A stretch of 64,000 nucleotides of DNA from an uncultured Prevotella sp. (GTDB lineage: Bacteria > Bacteroidota > Bacteroidia > Bacteroidales > Bacteroidaceae): NCBI GenBank assembly GCA_945873145.1, contig CAMCBZ010000009.1, positions 5,005 to 69,004 on the forward strand, given 5' to 3'. The notes beneath the pieces are model-generated. The model worked only from the letters and a program-made list of their open reading frames with translations. It made no database searches and was not told the origin of the DNA. The translations under genes were made by a program, and so were the position numbers. This document shows, one piece after another, positions 1 to 9,436 of this stretch (within the stretch, counting starts at the first letter, position 1; each line of letters starts with the position of its first letter).

Positions 1-14
1 AAAAATTTGAAGCA

Positions 15-443
15 TTACACAAATTGGTTCATCCGGAAATAGTGCTTGCGGATGATCCAGATACGCAGGAGCCAAAGGACGAAGAAGCCGTTGCTGGCAA
101 CCTCATAGACGGTGTCCCAGTAGTTGCCAAAGTCGAAGAACCACTTGATGAGCCACAGCACCAGATCGATGTTGAACAGCCAGTTCCACCAGCGCTCGCG
201 GTCACCAAAGGTCAGCGTGAGCGTCTCTCCATCTGCAATGTGCACCTGCGCGGTGCTCTCGATGAACTTATAAGCCGAGCGGACGGTGATGGCATAATCG
301 CCTTCCGGCAATGCCACGCGCACACTGTCGTTGCCTCGCATCAGTCCCAGCATTTGCCCATTGATCAGCAAATAGTGGGGTAGGGGAATCCACTGCTTCC
401 TTTCAGGTTTAATCAACAATACAGAACTCATTATCGTCTCCAT
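15..443 (-). CDS. Hypothetical membrane protein (soluble N-terminal domain plus Trp-rich C-terminal helices)
   Basis: 142-aa ORF downstream of the gamma-CA gene on the same strand; hydrophobic Trp-rich C-terminus (WWNWLFNIDLVLWLIKW). Confidence 0.55.
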   Translation of the reverse strand: METIMSSVLLIKPERKQWIPLPHYLLINGQMLGLMRGNDSVRVALPEGDYAITVRSAYKFIESTAQVHIADGETLTLTFGDRERWWNWLFNIDLVLWLIKWFFDFGNYWDTVYEVASNGFFVLWLLRIWIIRKHYFRMNQFV

Positions 444-485
444 TCATCATTCAACAATCAACATCCAACATTCATCATTCTCAAT
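444..485. repeat. Heptamer tandem array (6 units, TCATCAT/TCAACAT-type)
   Basis: Units tcatcat tcaacaa tcaacat ccaacat tcatcat tctcaat read directly. Confidence 0.85.
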
Positions 486-972
486 ACCATTCTTTGATGG
501 TGAGATAGTTCTTGGCATACAATTCTGCTTGTCCGGGAGCCGTCTTCTTGATGAATCGTGCGGGAATGCCGCCCCAGATCTCGCCATCAGGAATCTTTGT
601 GCCGCCGACGACAACAGCACCTGCTGCCACAATGCTACCCCGACCAACTTCCGCATGGTCGAGCACCACGGAATTCATGCCTATGAGCGCGCCGTCGTGG
701 ATCGTGGCAGCGTGAACAACAGCTCCGTGTCCCAGGCTGACGTCGTTGCCAAGAATTGCTGGTCCGCCCGCCGTCTGATGGATACATGCCAAGTCCTGTA
801 CATTGCAGCGGTCGCCCATCACGATTTTGTCGACATCGGCGCGAAGCACGGCACCAAACCAAATGCTACAGTCATCGCCCATGGTGATGTCGCCTGCTAA
901 AGTAGCATTGTCGGCGATCATACAACGTTCGCCCCACACCGGGCTTTTCCCTTTTACTGTGATCTTCAACAT
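481..972 (-). CDS. Gamma-class carbonic anhydrase family / hexapeptide-repeat protein
   Basis: SIWFGAVLRAD, GxxxNVQD and GHGAVVH motifs. Start placed at 972 because a TAnnTTTG box at 995-1002 (minus strand) would put the 993 ATG upstream of the transcription start. Confidence 0.9.
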   Translation of the reverse strand: MLKITVKGKSPVWGERCMIADNATLAGDITMGDDCSIWFGAVLRADVDKIVMGDRCNVQDLACIHQTAGGPAILGNDVSLGHGAVVHAATIHDGALIGMNSVVLDHAEVGRGSIVAAGAVVVGGTKIPDGEIWGGIPARFIKKTAPGQAELYAKNYLTIKEWY

Positions 973-1157
973 GGTCTTATTTCTTTTCTCCATGCAAAGA
1001 TAATCATTTCCGCGGAATTATCGTTTCCTGAGTGCTATATATATAATAAGGTGTGGTGATAGCCTCAAAAGGAGACAAAAAGCAGAAAAAGAAGGCTTCT
1101 GCAACGTTTCATAAAGTTTTTGTAACATATAAGAAACACACATGAACGAATAAACAC

Positions 1158-1165
1158 TAACTTTG
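1158..1165 (+). promoter_or_regulatory. Bacteroidetes -7 promoter box (TAACTTTG) for susC
   Basis: Exact TAnnTTTG match 48 bp upstream of the susC ATG. Confidence 0.65.
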
Positions 1166-1212
1166 CGCAAAATTTCAACCTAATAATTATTATTAACTTA
1201 AAACTACCGCTA

Positions 1213-4200
1213 ATGCAAAGTATTAGAATGATGGAGAAGAAAGGGCTTGCCCTATTCTTGCTCAGCTTGAGTTCAGTGGCTGTTTTCGCACAATCCCAGA
1301 TACGGGGAAATGTGAAAGACTCGAATGGTGAGCCGATCCTTGGTGCTACAATCAAGGTCAACGGTTCAAAGGTGGCCACGGTCACGGACTTGGACGGTAA
1401 CTTCAGCGTGAATGCCAAGCCTGGTTCTACGATCACCATTTCCTATGTGGGCTTTGAGACACAGACCGTGACGGTCAAAGGCGCTAACCTCGCACCTATT
1501 GTATTAAAGGAGGACGACCGGACGCTCAACGACGTGGTCGTCATCGGTTACGGTGTGCAGAAAAAGAGTGACCTGACCGGTGCTGTGGCTTCAGTGAGTG
1601 GCGACGCCATCAAAAACCTCTCTACGAGTGATGCCGGTGCAGCCCTGCAAGGTAAGGTCACAGGTGTGCAGATCATCAACAGTGGTGCGCCGGGCGCCGG
1701 TGCCGAGATCCGTGTGCGTGGCTACGGTTCCAATGGTAACAACGCTCCTCTGCTCATCGTTGATGGTTTGAAGGTCGACAACATCCAGTACCTCGACCCT
1801 TCGCTCATCCAGTCTGTGGAGGTGTTGAAGGATGCCGCTTCCGCTGCTATCTACGGTGCAGAGGCTGGTAATGGTGTGGTGCTGATCACTACTCGCAATG
1901 GATCCAACAGCGGTGGCACGGCCCATATCAGCTACTCGCTGAAAGCTGTCAACCAGAGTCTTGGAAAGAAAGCCGACCTCTTCGACGCGCCCGAGTATAT
2001 CGCCTATCACAAGTATTTGGGCGACATCACCGACGCACTCCTGAAGTCGAACAACTATCATGGACAAAACACCAACTGGTATAAAGAGGTGTTCAACAAC
2101 AGTTGGAGCGTAGAGCACAACGTCACCGTTGAGGGCGGCAACAACAAGGGCCACATCCTTGCAGCCTTGGGTATCCTCAACGACGACGGTATCGTCAAGG
2201 GCAAGAAGGATGTCTATAAGCGTTTCACCGCACAGCTCAATGCCGATTACAAGTTCTTCGACTGGTTCAACATCACCAGCAACACCTCTGTGGAGAAGTG
2301 GAGCACCAAGTCGCTGACCAACGGTTATCAGTCGTTCCTCAACTCTGTCGTCTCCATCGACCCGCTGACGCCTGCCTATATCACCAGTCTTGACGACATG
2401 CCCACCACGATGCGTACCAAGTGGGAATCGCCCGACCACGGCGGTGTGACCACGCCTCCCGGTTTTGATGAGGCCCATCCGGTTTGGTACGGTACATCGA
2501 AGTATATCGAGGAAGCCACAGCCAATCCGCTGGCTATGCGCGACCGCCAGAATGCCAGCAACAAAGGCATCAACGTACGCGGTACGTTTGCGGCCAACCT
2601 CATCCCGGTGAAGTGCCTCACCATCACCTCACGTCTCGGCTACCAGATCACGCAGAGCAACACCCACAGCTATACCGGACCTTTCTGGCTCAACACGCTG
2701 TCGCAGAGTGACCAATACTCGATCTCGGCAGGTACCAACACCGGACTGTACTATCAGTGGGAGAACTTTGCCAACTTCACAAAGAGCTTCGGCAAGCACA
2801 ATGTCAATGCGATGATCGGTATGTCGTTTACGAAGAACCGTACCGACAACTCCAGTCTGTCGTCGGCTGACACCAAGCAGATCCTTGAGGGCGATGCCGC
2901 TCCGCTCTTTCAGTACATCAACTTCCTGAACTCCAATGGTAAGGCGAAGCTGAAAGGCTCTAACCTTCCGACGATCAACACCCACTTGTCTTACTTCGGT
3001 CGTCTGAGCTACAACTACGACCAGCGCTACTTCTTCCAGTTCAACATCCGTCGCGATGCCTTCGACAGTTCCAAGCTCTCAAAGGAGAACCGCTGGGGTA
3101 CCTTCCCCTCACTGTCGCTGGGATGGGCGATCAGCAACGAGAAATTCTTCCGCGACGCAGTGAGCACAGACGCTGTCTCCTTCCTCAAGATCCGTGGATC
3201 ATGGGGACGCAACGGTAACGTGAGTGTGCTCAACAACTATCAGTGGGCTTCCACCATCAGCGTTGGCGGTTACTACAACTTCACCGACGATGCCACCACA
3301 GCAGCTACCCTGTCCAACTTCCCCAATCCTAAGCTGACCTGGGAGACCGCCGAGCAGTATGACTTGGGTCTCGATGCCCGCTTCCTCAACGACCGGCTGA
3401 CGCTGGGCTTCGACTGGTATCGCAAGACCACGAAGGATCAGCTCATCAAGGTACACCTCAGCCCGGAGCTCGGCTTCGCTGATGCCTATGTCAATTCTGG
3501 TGAGATTCTCAACACCGGTATCGACTTGGATCTGGGCTGGAAAGACCATATCGGCGACCTGAAGTACAGTGTCAGCGCCAACGTGTCGACCTTGAAAAAC
3601 GAGGTGAAGAAGATGAGTCCTATCTTGCCACGCTACGACGAGGTGGGTATCAATGGATTCAACAACAAGCTGAACCCCTCTTTGGAGACCGGACACCCCA
3701 TGTGGTATTTCCGTGGCTTCAAGTATGCCGGCGTAGATCCAGAGACCGGCGGTGCCCTCTACTACGACAAGGACGGACAGATCACCAACGCGCCGACCGA
3801 CAACGACAAGCAGGATCTCGGATGCGCACTGCCTAAGGTCACCTATGGCATCACCCTCAACCTGGAATACAAGGGCTTTGACTTCACCGTCTTCGGTACC
3901 GGTGCAGCCGGCAACAAGATCTACAACCTCATGGTTTCTGCCGACCGTCCGCTGATCAACGGCATCGACACCTATTGGAAAGACTCCTGGAAGCAGAAGG
4001 GCGACCACAGCAAGTATCCCGACATGAAGCAGGTGGCTACCGACTGGACATTCTTCAGCTCCGACGCTGCCATCTTCAGCGGTGCTTACTTCAAGTTCAA
4101 GCAGATACAGCTCGGCTATACCCTGCCACAGAGCATCACCAGAAAGTTCATGGTCAACGCGCTCCGTTTCTCTGTCTCTCTTGACGACTTCTTCACCATC

Positions 4201-4323
4201 ACCAGCTATCCGGGTGCCGATCCTGAGACCTCATCACTCAACAGCGGTGTGTCACGTGGCTTCGACAACGGCAACTATCCTATGTCCAAGAAGGTGGTCT
4301 TCGGTGTGAACGTTACATTCTAA
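1213..4323 (+). CDS. susC: SusC/RagA family TonB-dependent outer membrane transporter
   Basis: CarboxypepD-like N-terminus, VVIGYG..KKSDLTGAV, KDAASAAIYG..AGNGVVLITT, C-terminal F; followed by susD. Confidence 0.97.
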   Translation: MQSIRMMEKKGLALFLLSLSSVAVFAQSQIRGNVKDSNGEPILGATIKVNGSKVATVTDLDGNFSVNAKPGSTITISYVGFETQTVTVKGANLAPIVLKEDDRTLNDVVVIGYGVQKKSDLTGAVASVSGDAIKNLSTSDAGAALQGKVTGVQIINSGAPGAGAEIRVRGYGSNGNNAPLLIVDGLKVDNIQYLDPSLIQSVEVLKDAASAAIYGAEAGNGVVLITTRNGSNSGGTAHISYSLKAVNQSLGKKADLFDAPEYIAYHKYLGDITDALLKSNNYHGQNTNWYKEVFNNSWSVEHNVTVEGGNNKGHILAALGILNDDGIVKGKKDVYKRFTAQLNADYKFFDWFNITSNTSVEKWSTKSLTNGYQSFLNSVVSIDPLTPAYITSLDDMPTTMRTKWESPDHGGVTTPPGFDEAHPVWYGTSKYIEEATANPLAMRDRQNASNKGINVRGTFAANLIPVKCLTITSRLGYQITQSNTHSYTGPFWLNTLSQSDQYSISAGTNTGLYYQWENFANFTKSFGKHNVNAMIGMSFTKNRTDNSSLSSADTKQILEGDAAPLFQYINFLNSNGKAKLKGSNLPTINTHLSYFGRLSYNYDQRYFFQFNIRRDAFDSSKLSKENRWGTFPSLSLGWAISNEKFFRDAVSTDAVSFLKIRGSWGRNGNVSVLNNYQWASTISVGGYYNFTDDATTAATLSNFPNPKLTWETAEQYDLGLDARFLNDRLTLGFDWYRKTTKDQLIKVHLSPELGFADAYVNSGEILNTGIDLDLGWKDHIGDLKYSVSANVSTLKNEVKKMSPILPRYDEVGINGFNNKLNPSLETGHPMWYFRGFKYAGVDPETGGALYYDKDGQITNAPTDNDKQDLGCALPKVTYGITLNLEYKGFDFTVFGTGAAGNKIYNLMVSADRPLINGIDTYWKDSWKQKGDHSKYPDMKQVATDWTFFSSDAAIFSGAYFKFKQIQLGYTLPQSITRKFMVNALRFSVSLDDFFTITSYPGADPETSSLNSGVSRGFDNGNYPMSKKVVFGVNVTF

Positions 4324-4343
4324 TGATTTAAAACGAAACAACA

Positions 4344-6167
4344 ATGAACAAACATATAATTCCATTGTTCGCGCTGCTTGTCGGCGTGGCAGCATTCTCC
4401 TCCTGCGAAGATCAGCTGGATATCCCTCAGAAGGGTGTGACGAGTGAGAGTGAATTCTATAAGACTGACGCCGATTGCGCTAAGGCGCTGGCATCAGCTT
4501 ACGAGGGCTTTATGGTCAACACGCTGGGACGTACCACGATAAGCGGCGGTCCGGGCATCTACACGCCGGCGCGTGTGCTGGCCAACGACCCGGGCGACGA
4601 CGTGCTCTATGGCGGCGGCAACTATGGCGACCATGAGTTTGGCGGTGCCGTCAACCAGTTCCGCTACTTGAGCAATCCCGAAGCCATCAACTTCCACTAT
4701 AAGGGCCTCTATCTCTCGGTGCACAGTGACAATCTTGTCATCGAGAAGTTCAAGGAGTCATCGACGGCCTATCAGAAGCAGGCCGTTGCCGAGGCACGTG
4801 TGTTGCGGGCTTACAACTTCTTCCTGCTGTCGTGCTACTGGGGCCAGCCGCCTCTTGTCGACCATCTGCTCGAAGCGAACGACTTGCCTTCCAACAGCGA
4901 GATGACGCAGCAACAGTATTTCGAGTGGGTTGCCAAAGAGTGCCAGGAGGCTGAGCCCGACCTGACTGAGCGCAAGAGCACGGCGGACAAGTTCGGTGCC
5001 TATCGCGTCACCAAGGGCTTTGCCCACGCGCTGGCCGGCAAGGCGCTGCTGTTTGCCAAGAAGTATGACGAGGCCAAGGCCGAGTTCAAGAAGGTCATCG
5101 ATTCCGGCAAATACGCTTTGGTGCCCGGCAGTCAGTTTGCCAACCTCTTCCATGTCGAGGGCGACGGCGCACCGGAGAAAATCTTTGAGATCAACATGCG
5201 CTACAACCCTGCGGCCGGAGACTGGAGCACCGGACAGGGACTGGGCTATATGAACCATTCCACCTGGATGGAGTCCAACTGCTTCAACTGGCGTGCCGGC
5301 AACTTCGTCGTCAATCCTGCCTATACCTACTGCGGCCTTGACGGATGGGGATCCATTGGTGTGCCGGAGTGGTTTGGCAAGGCTTTCCATGACAACGATG
5401 GTGATTCGCCACGCTTCAAGGCTACTCTCATGCACATCGACGACGCTGTCTACCAGACTTCGGGCATCCAGGGTATGAAGTATCAAAACGACGCACTGAA
5501 CAACATGCCGCTTGAGGAGAAGAAGAAGTCAAACAAGATCGGTATCAAGGATCCTACCCAGGGACTCTATTGCCAGAGCTTCTATCTGCCGTTTAAACTG
5601 CTGATGCGTGCCAGCGACACCGACGACGGCGGTGTGCACGGCAACAATCTCAGACTGAACAACATCATCGTCATGCGCTATGCTGAGGTGCTGCTCGACT
5701 ATGCCGAGTGCTGTCTGCAGACCGGCGACAATGCCGAGGCAAAGAAGTATATCAATCTGATCCAGGAGCGTGCCGGTTCCAAGACCATCAGCGCCAATGT
5801 AGACATGGAAGTGCTGAAGAAGGAGAAGATGTTCGAGATGTGGTTTGAAGGTTGCCGCTTCCAGGATATTCTCCGCTGGAACGACCCTGTCGGTCTGGCT
5901 CACTTGAAAGAAGCGGGCAAGCAGGTGCCCCACCTCTTCGACAAAGTCTTCCGCCCTGTGCAGTCGGGCGACGAGAACGTTGTCTGGGAGAATGGCACGG
6001 AAGCCAACAGCCGCTTCTATATCACCCACACTCACGAGGCGATGGACAAGGGCTTCAAGGTCGGCTTTGAGGACAAAGACCGTCTGTTCCCCTATCCTTC
6101 CGACGTGATCAATATGAATCCTAATCTGAAGCAGAACCCGGGATGGGAGAGTGCTTCTACTAAGTAG
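4344..6167 (+). CDS. susD: SusD/RagB family glycan-binding lipoprotein
   Basis: Lipobox FSSC, RYAEVLL, E.WFEG.RF.D, C-terminal NPNLKQNPGW. Confidence 0.95.
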   Translation: MNKHIIPLFALLVGVAAFSSCEDQLDIPQKGVTSESEFYKTDADCAKALASAYEGFMVNTLGRTTISGGPGIYTPARVLANDPGDDVLYGGGNYGDHEFGGAVNQFRYLSNPEAINFHYKGLYLSVHSDNLVIEKFKESSTAYQKQAVAEARVLRAYNFFLLSCYWGQPPLVDHLLEANDLPSNSEMTQQQYFEWVAKECQEAEPDLTERKSTADKFGAYRVTKGFAHALAGKALLFAKKYDEAKAEFKKVIDSGKYALVPGSQFANLFHVEGDGAPEKIFEINMRYNPAAGDWSTGQGLGYMNHSTWMESNCFNWRAGNFVVNPAYTYCGLDGWGSIGVPEWFGKAFHDNDGDSPRFKATLMHIDDAVYQTSGIQGMKYQNDALNNMPLEEKKKSNKIGIKDPTQGLYCQSFYLPFKLLMRASDTDDGGVHGNNLRLNNIIVMRYAEVLLDYAECCLQTGDNAEAKKYINLIQERAGSKTISANVDMEVLKKEKMFEMWFEGCRFQDILRWNDPVGLAHLKEAGKQVPHLFDKVFRPVQSGDENVVWENGTEANSRFYITHTHEAMDKGFKVGFEDKDRLFPYPSDVINMNPNLKQNPGWESASTK

Positions 6168-6183
6168 TCTTTCCAGAGTGATG

Positions 6184-6213
6184 GCCTCCTCCGCCTGCGT
6201 GGAGGAGGCTTTT
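6184..6213 (+). terminator. Rho-independent terminator after susD
   Basis: GCCTCCTCC / GGAGGAGGC stem followed by TTTT. Confidence 0.8.
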
Positions 6214-6230
6214 CGCTTTTCATTTCACTG

Positions 6231-7343
6231 ATGATGAATCTTTCTCTCTCTTATTATTTAAGTTTGCTCGCGGTAACGTTGTTGCCCACTGCCGCACTGT
6301 CACAGACTGTAGCGTCAGCCTCTGACCGTCTGGTGATGGGCAACAGCCGCGAGATGTCTGCCGGAGTGACCGTTGGCACTGCCGACGGCAACGAGCATCA
6401 TCTGAGCCGATACGCTTCCCTGCCGGGCAAAGGCAGCTGGCTGCGCTACGGGCGCGTCGACTTCTCGTCATTGACCGACGCCTATCTCACGCTGAGCGTG
6501 CGGGCCCGGGACAACGCCGAGCTGCTCGTGCGCGAGGGCAGTGCCACGGGCAAGGTCATCGCGCGGGTGGATGTCGTCGTGAAAGGCGGAGGCGGACCGT
6601 TCCGCCGTGACTATAGTGGACAGTGGATGTCGCTGGCAGTGCCGTTGCTCTATACGCCGCGGGGCGTTGCCGAGATCGTGCTGACCTGTAACGACAAGGG
6701 CGTGGATGTGGGCTGGCTGCGCTTCAAGAACCGGCCAAAGTACTTTGTTCCGGCTACTTCTGTGGCTGTGCGTCCCGATGCCCAAGGCTATTTGCGGCGC
6801 TGGTTGCTGCTGGAACCGGTCCGTCAGGACATCCGCTCCAACGTAGTCTTCACCGACAGCTATCTGCAAAAGGCCTTCAGCAAGGAATACTTCAAAGGGC
6901 AGATGACCCGGTTGCCGCACGATGGTCAGCAAGTGCGGGTCGGCGACCAAAAGCTGAAATGGCACGCGCTCGACAGCGAGAACTACAATGTACGTCTCTT
7001 CCGCTTTGCCGAACGGTGGGGACAGCAAACCTATGGCTCACTCTTCTGGGCCGTGACTGTCATCGACTGTCCGCGTGAGATTCAAGGCGTGCGCCTGTCT
7101 GTCGGTTCCAACGGAGCCTCGTCGTGGTGGCTCAACGGCGATCATGTGCTCACGCTCGAAGGCGACCGCCGCATGGTAGAGGACGATGGCCGGTCGGGGC
7201 GGCTCACGCTTCATGCGGGTCGCAACATCCTACGCTGTGCTGTCATCAACGGGCCGGGACTCAGCGATTTCTGTGCCCGCTTCCTCGATGATGAGGGCCG
7301 TCCTGTTGTAGAACCACTAACGCTAATCCTTCCGAAGAAATGA
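6231..7343 (+). CDS. Secreted PUL protein: CBM6-like N-terminal domain plus beta-sandwich domain of unclear function
   Basis: Signal peptide; WLRYGRVDFS and VDVGWLRF resemble CBM6; ATGA overlap with the GH43 gene. Confidence 0.65.
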   Translation: MMNLSLSYYLSLLAVTLLPTAALSQTVASASDRLVMGNSREMSAGVTVGTADGNEHHLSRYASLPGKGSWLRYGRVDFSSLTDAYLTLSVRARDNAELLVREGSATGKVIARVDVVVKGGGGPFRRDYSGQWMSLAVPLLYTPRGVAEIVLTCNDKGVDVGWLRFKNRPKYFVPATSVAVRPDAQGYLRRWLLLEPVRQDIRSNVVFTDSYLQKAFSKEYFKGQMTRLPHDGQQVRVGDQKLKWHALDSENYNVRLFRFAERWGQQTYGSLFWAVTVIDCPREIQGVRLSVGSNGASSWWLNGDHVLTLEGDRRMVEDDGRSGRLTLHAGRNILRCAVINGPGLSDFCARFLDDEGRPVVEPLTLILPKK

Positions 7344-8797
7344 AAAGACTCTATTCCCTCTTGGCTTTGGCCGCTATGACGGCCTCGGCTTTTGCTCAAG
7401 CCGGCGCTCCCTATATCCACGATCCGTCAACACTGGCCGAATGCGATGGTAAGTACTACACGTTTGGGACGGGTGGCGGCGGACTGATCTCTGACGACGG
7501 ATGGACATGGCACAGTGGTGCTGTCCGTCCCGGTGGCGGCGCTGCTCCCGACGTGATGAAGATTGGTGACCGATACCTCGTTATCTATGGTGCTACGGGC
7601 GGCGGTCTCGGTGGCGGACACAATGGCCGCATCCTCACGATGTGGAACAAAACACTCGACCCGAAGTCACCCGACTTCCGGTTCTCCAAGCCTGTGGAGG
7701 TCTGCTCGTCCGACGGTTTGGAAGACCAGGACGCGATCGATCCCTGCCTCTTCCTTGACCCGAACACGGGGCGGCTGTGGGTGACCTATGGCACCTATTT
7801 CGGCAGCATACGGCTCATAGAACTCGATCCGGCAACGGGCCAGCGCATTGCCGGCAACAAGGAGCGCGACATCGCCATCGACTGCGAGGCCACGGATCTC
7901 ATCTATCGAGACGGCTGGTATTATCTGCTTGGCACGCACGGCACCTGCTGCGACGGGCCTAACTCCACCTACAACATCGTGGTGGGACGGTCGCGCAGCG
8001 TGGAAGGACCCTATCTCGACAACGTTGGCCGCGACATGCTTCACGGTGGCGGCCGCATGGTGGTGGCTGCCGGTGACCGCAAGTACGGCCCTGGACATTT
8101 CGGCCGCACCATCGTTGACAAGGGCGTGGAGGTGATGTCGTGCCATTTCGAGTCCGATCTCGACCGCAGCGGGCGCAGTGTCCTGGGCATCCTGCCACTG
8201 CTCTGGCACAATGGTTGGCCGGTGGCGGGTAAGCCATTCTGTGGTGGCGACTACGAGATTGCCTCAGAGCGGCGCGGCTATTCCCTTGAGCTTGCTGTGG
8301 ACTTCGTCAGGATGGAACGCGACATCGAACCGTTTTTCCGCATCGATCCCAACAGTCCGGTAAAGCGACTGGACAGCCAGAAACTTGAGGAGGTGGAACC
8401 GTCGTGGCCCAAGGGCGACATCCGTGTGCGCTGCAGCGACTATATGTTCCGACCCAATCAGCTGTGGACGATCGTAGCGGTGCCCGAGAAGGGTGGCTAC
8501 CTGAGTGCTCCTTATTTCAAGATCATGGTTCGTGGCACGCACCGGGCTTTGGCTGCTACCGCCGACAAAGAGTTGACAACTGTGCCGGCATACGAGGGCG
8601 CTGACAATCAGCTATGGCGTATAGAGCAGTTGACCGACGGCGCATATCGCATCATGCCCAAGGCCATTCCCGGCATGAGAGGCGACAACACCCGCTACTG
8701 CCTCTATTCCGCCGGTGACAGCACGCCGACGCTTGCGCCCTACGACTTCGACAGCGACAACTCGAAATGGCGTCTTGAACCTGTCGGAGAACTTTAG
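7340..8797 (+). CDS. GH43 glycoside hydrolase (arabinanase-like) with C-terminal ricin-type domain
   Basis: HDPS, AIDP and CEA catalytic segments, GPGHFG; QLW repeats in the C-terminus. Confidence 0.88.
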   Translation: MKRLYSLLALAAMTASAFAQAGAPYIHDPSTLAECDGKYYTFGTGGGGLISDDGWTWHSGAVRPGGGAAPDVMKIGDRYLVIYGATGGGLGGGHNGRILTMWNKTLDPKSPDFRFSKPVEVCSSDGLEDQDAIDPCLFLDPNTGRLWVTYGTYFGSIRLIELDPATGQRIAGNKERDIAIDCEATDLIYRDGWYYLLGTHGTCCDGPNSTYNIVVGRSRSVEGPYLDNVGRDMLHGGGRMVVAAGDRKYGPGHFGRTIVDKGVEVMSCHFESDLDRSGRSVLGILPLLWHNGWPVAGKPFCGGDYEIASERRGYSLELAVDFVRMERDIEPFFRIDPNSPVKRLDSQKLEEVEPSWPKGDIRVRCSDYMFRPNQLWTIVAVPEKGGYLSAPYFKIMVRGTHRALAATADKELTTVPAYEGADNQLWRIEQLTDGAYRIMPKAIPGMRGDNTRYCLYSAGDSTPTLAPYDFDSDNSKWRLEPVGEL

Positions 8798-8812
8798 ACC
8801 TGCATGATTATT

Positions 8813-8854
8813 CATGGGCATTCAGTCTCAACTGGGTGCCCATGAGGCTTTTTT
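8813..8854 (+). terminator. Rho-independent terminator after GH43
   Basis: CATGGGCA / TGCCCATG stem with inner CAGT/ACTG, then a T-run. Confidence 0.7.
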
Positions 8855-8981
8855 ACGTGAAGGTTAGGTAGTTGTCTCTCTTGCACTTTTCAAGACGAAG
8901 CCTTCCCGCTGTCTACGTTTTTGTGGAATATACGAATGTAGTATGCCTTTTGGTAAGTCATCCAATACGTTCTACTATATG

Positions 8982-9091
8982 TCAAAAGCGTTGAAACTAC
9001 ATGGTCAAACGAACGTTAGCCAAATGGACAACAAACGTCAGCCGATTGGCTGACGTTTGTTTGACTATATGTCTAACGAACGTTTGACCAT
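8982..9091. repeat. Dispersed palindromic element, copy 1 (related to 48624-48732)
   Basis: Terminal IR ATGGTCAAACG / CGTTTGACCAT, central 14-bp perfect IR; aligns with the reverse complement of 48624-48732. Confidence 0.85.
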
Positions 9092-9370
9092 CAAAAAATA
9101 ACGAAAATGATGACTTGATATTTGCTGTTTTTATTGTGTAGATAACCTGCAACTGACTCACTTACAATCTTTTGTAAGTACGTGAGCTTGGTAAACTCCA
9201 TTCTTACAGACTGATCTTTTGCTTCCAGAATTCACCATGACTCTGCGTGTGCTTCCAGACTTGTCTTTTTGAGAATGCCTTCTTACAGCTTACTTGTGCG
9301 TGTATTTATCTGTGAATGTAGCCTTATTCGCATTGAAAAGCCGTGGATTTTTTGGTGATATGGAATAATT

Positions 9371-9401
9371 TTACGAACTTTGCGTTACGGAAAGTTCGTA
9401 A
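9371..9401. promoter_or_regulatory. Operator-like inverted repeat upstream of the ATPase gene
   Basis: TTACGAACTTT-N9-AAAGTTCGTAA, perfect 11-bp arms. Confidence 0.55.
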
Positions 9402-9436
9402 CGATGCTTACGTAATCACCGTTAATTCTAACTGTC

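Noticed and set aside
9100-9320. Stop-free stretch of about 70 codons on the minus strand next to the palindromic element
   Set aside because: No convincing start or motif; cannot be distinguished from chance.
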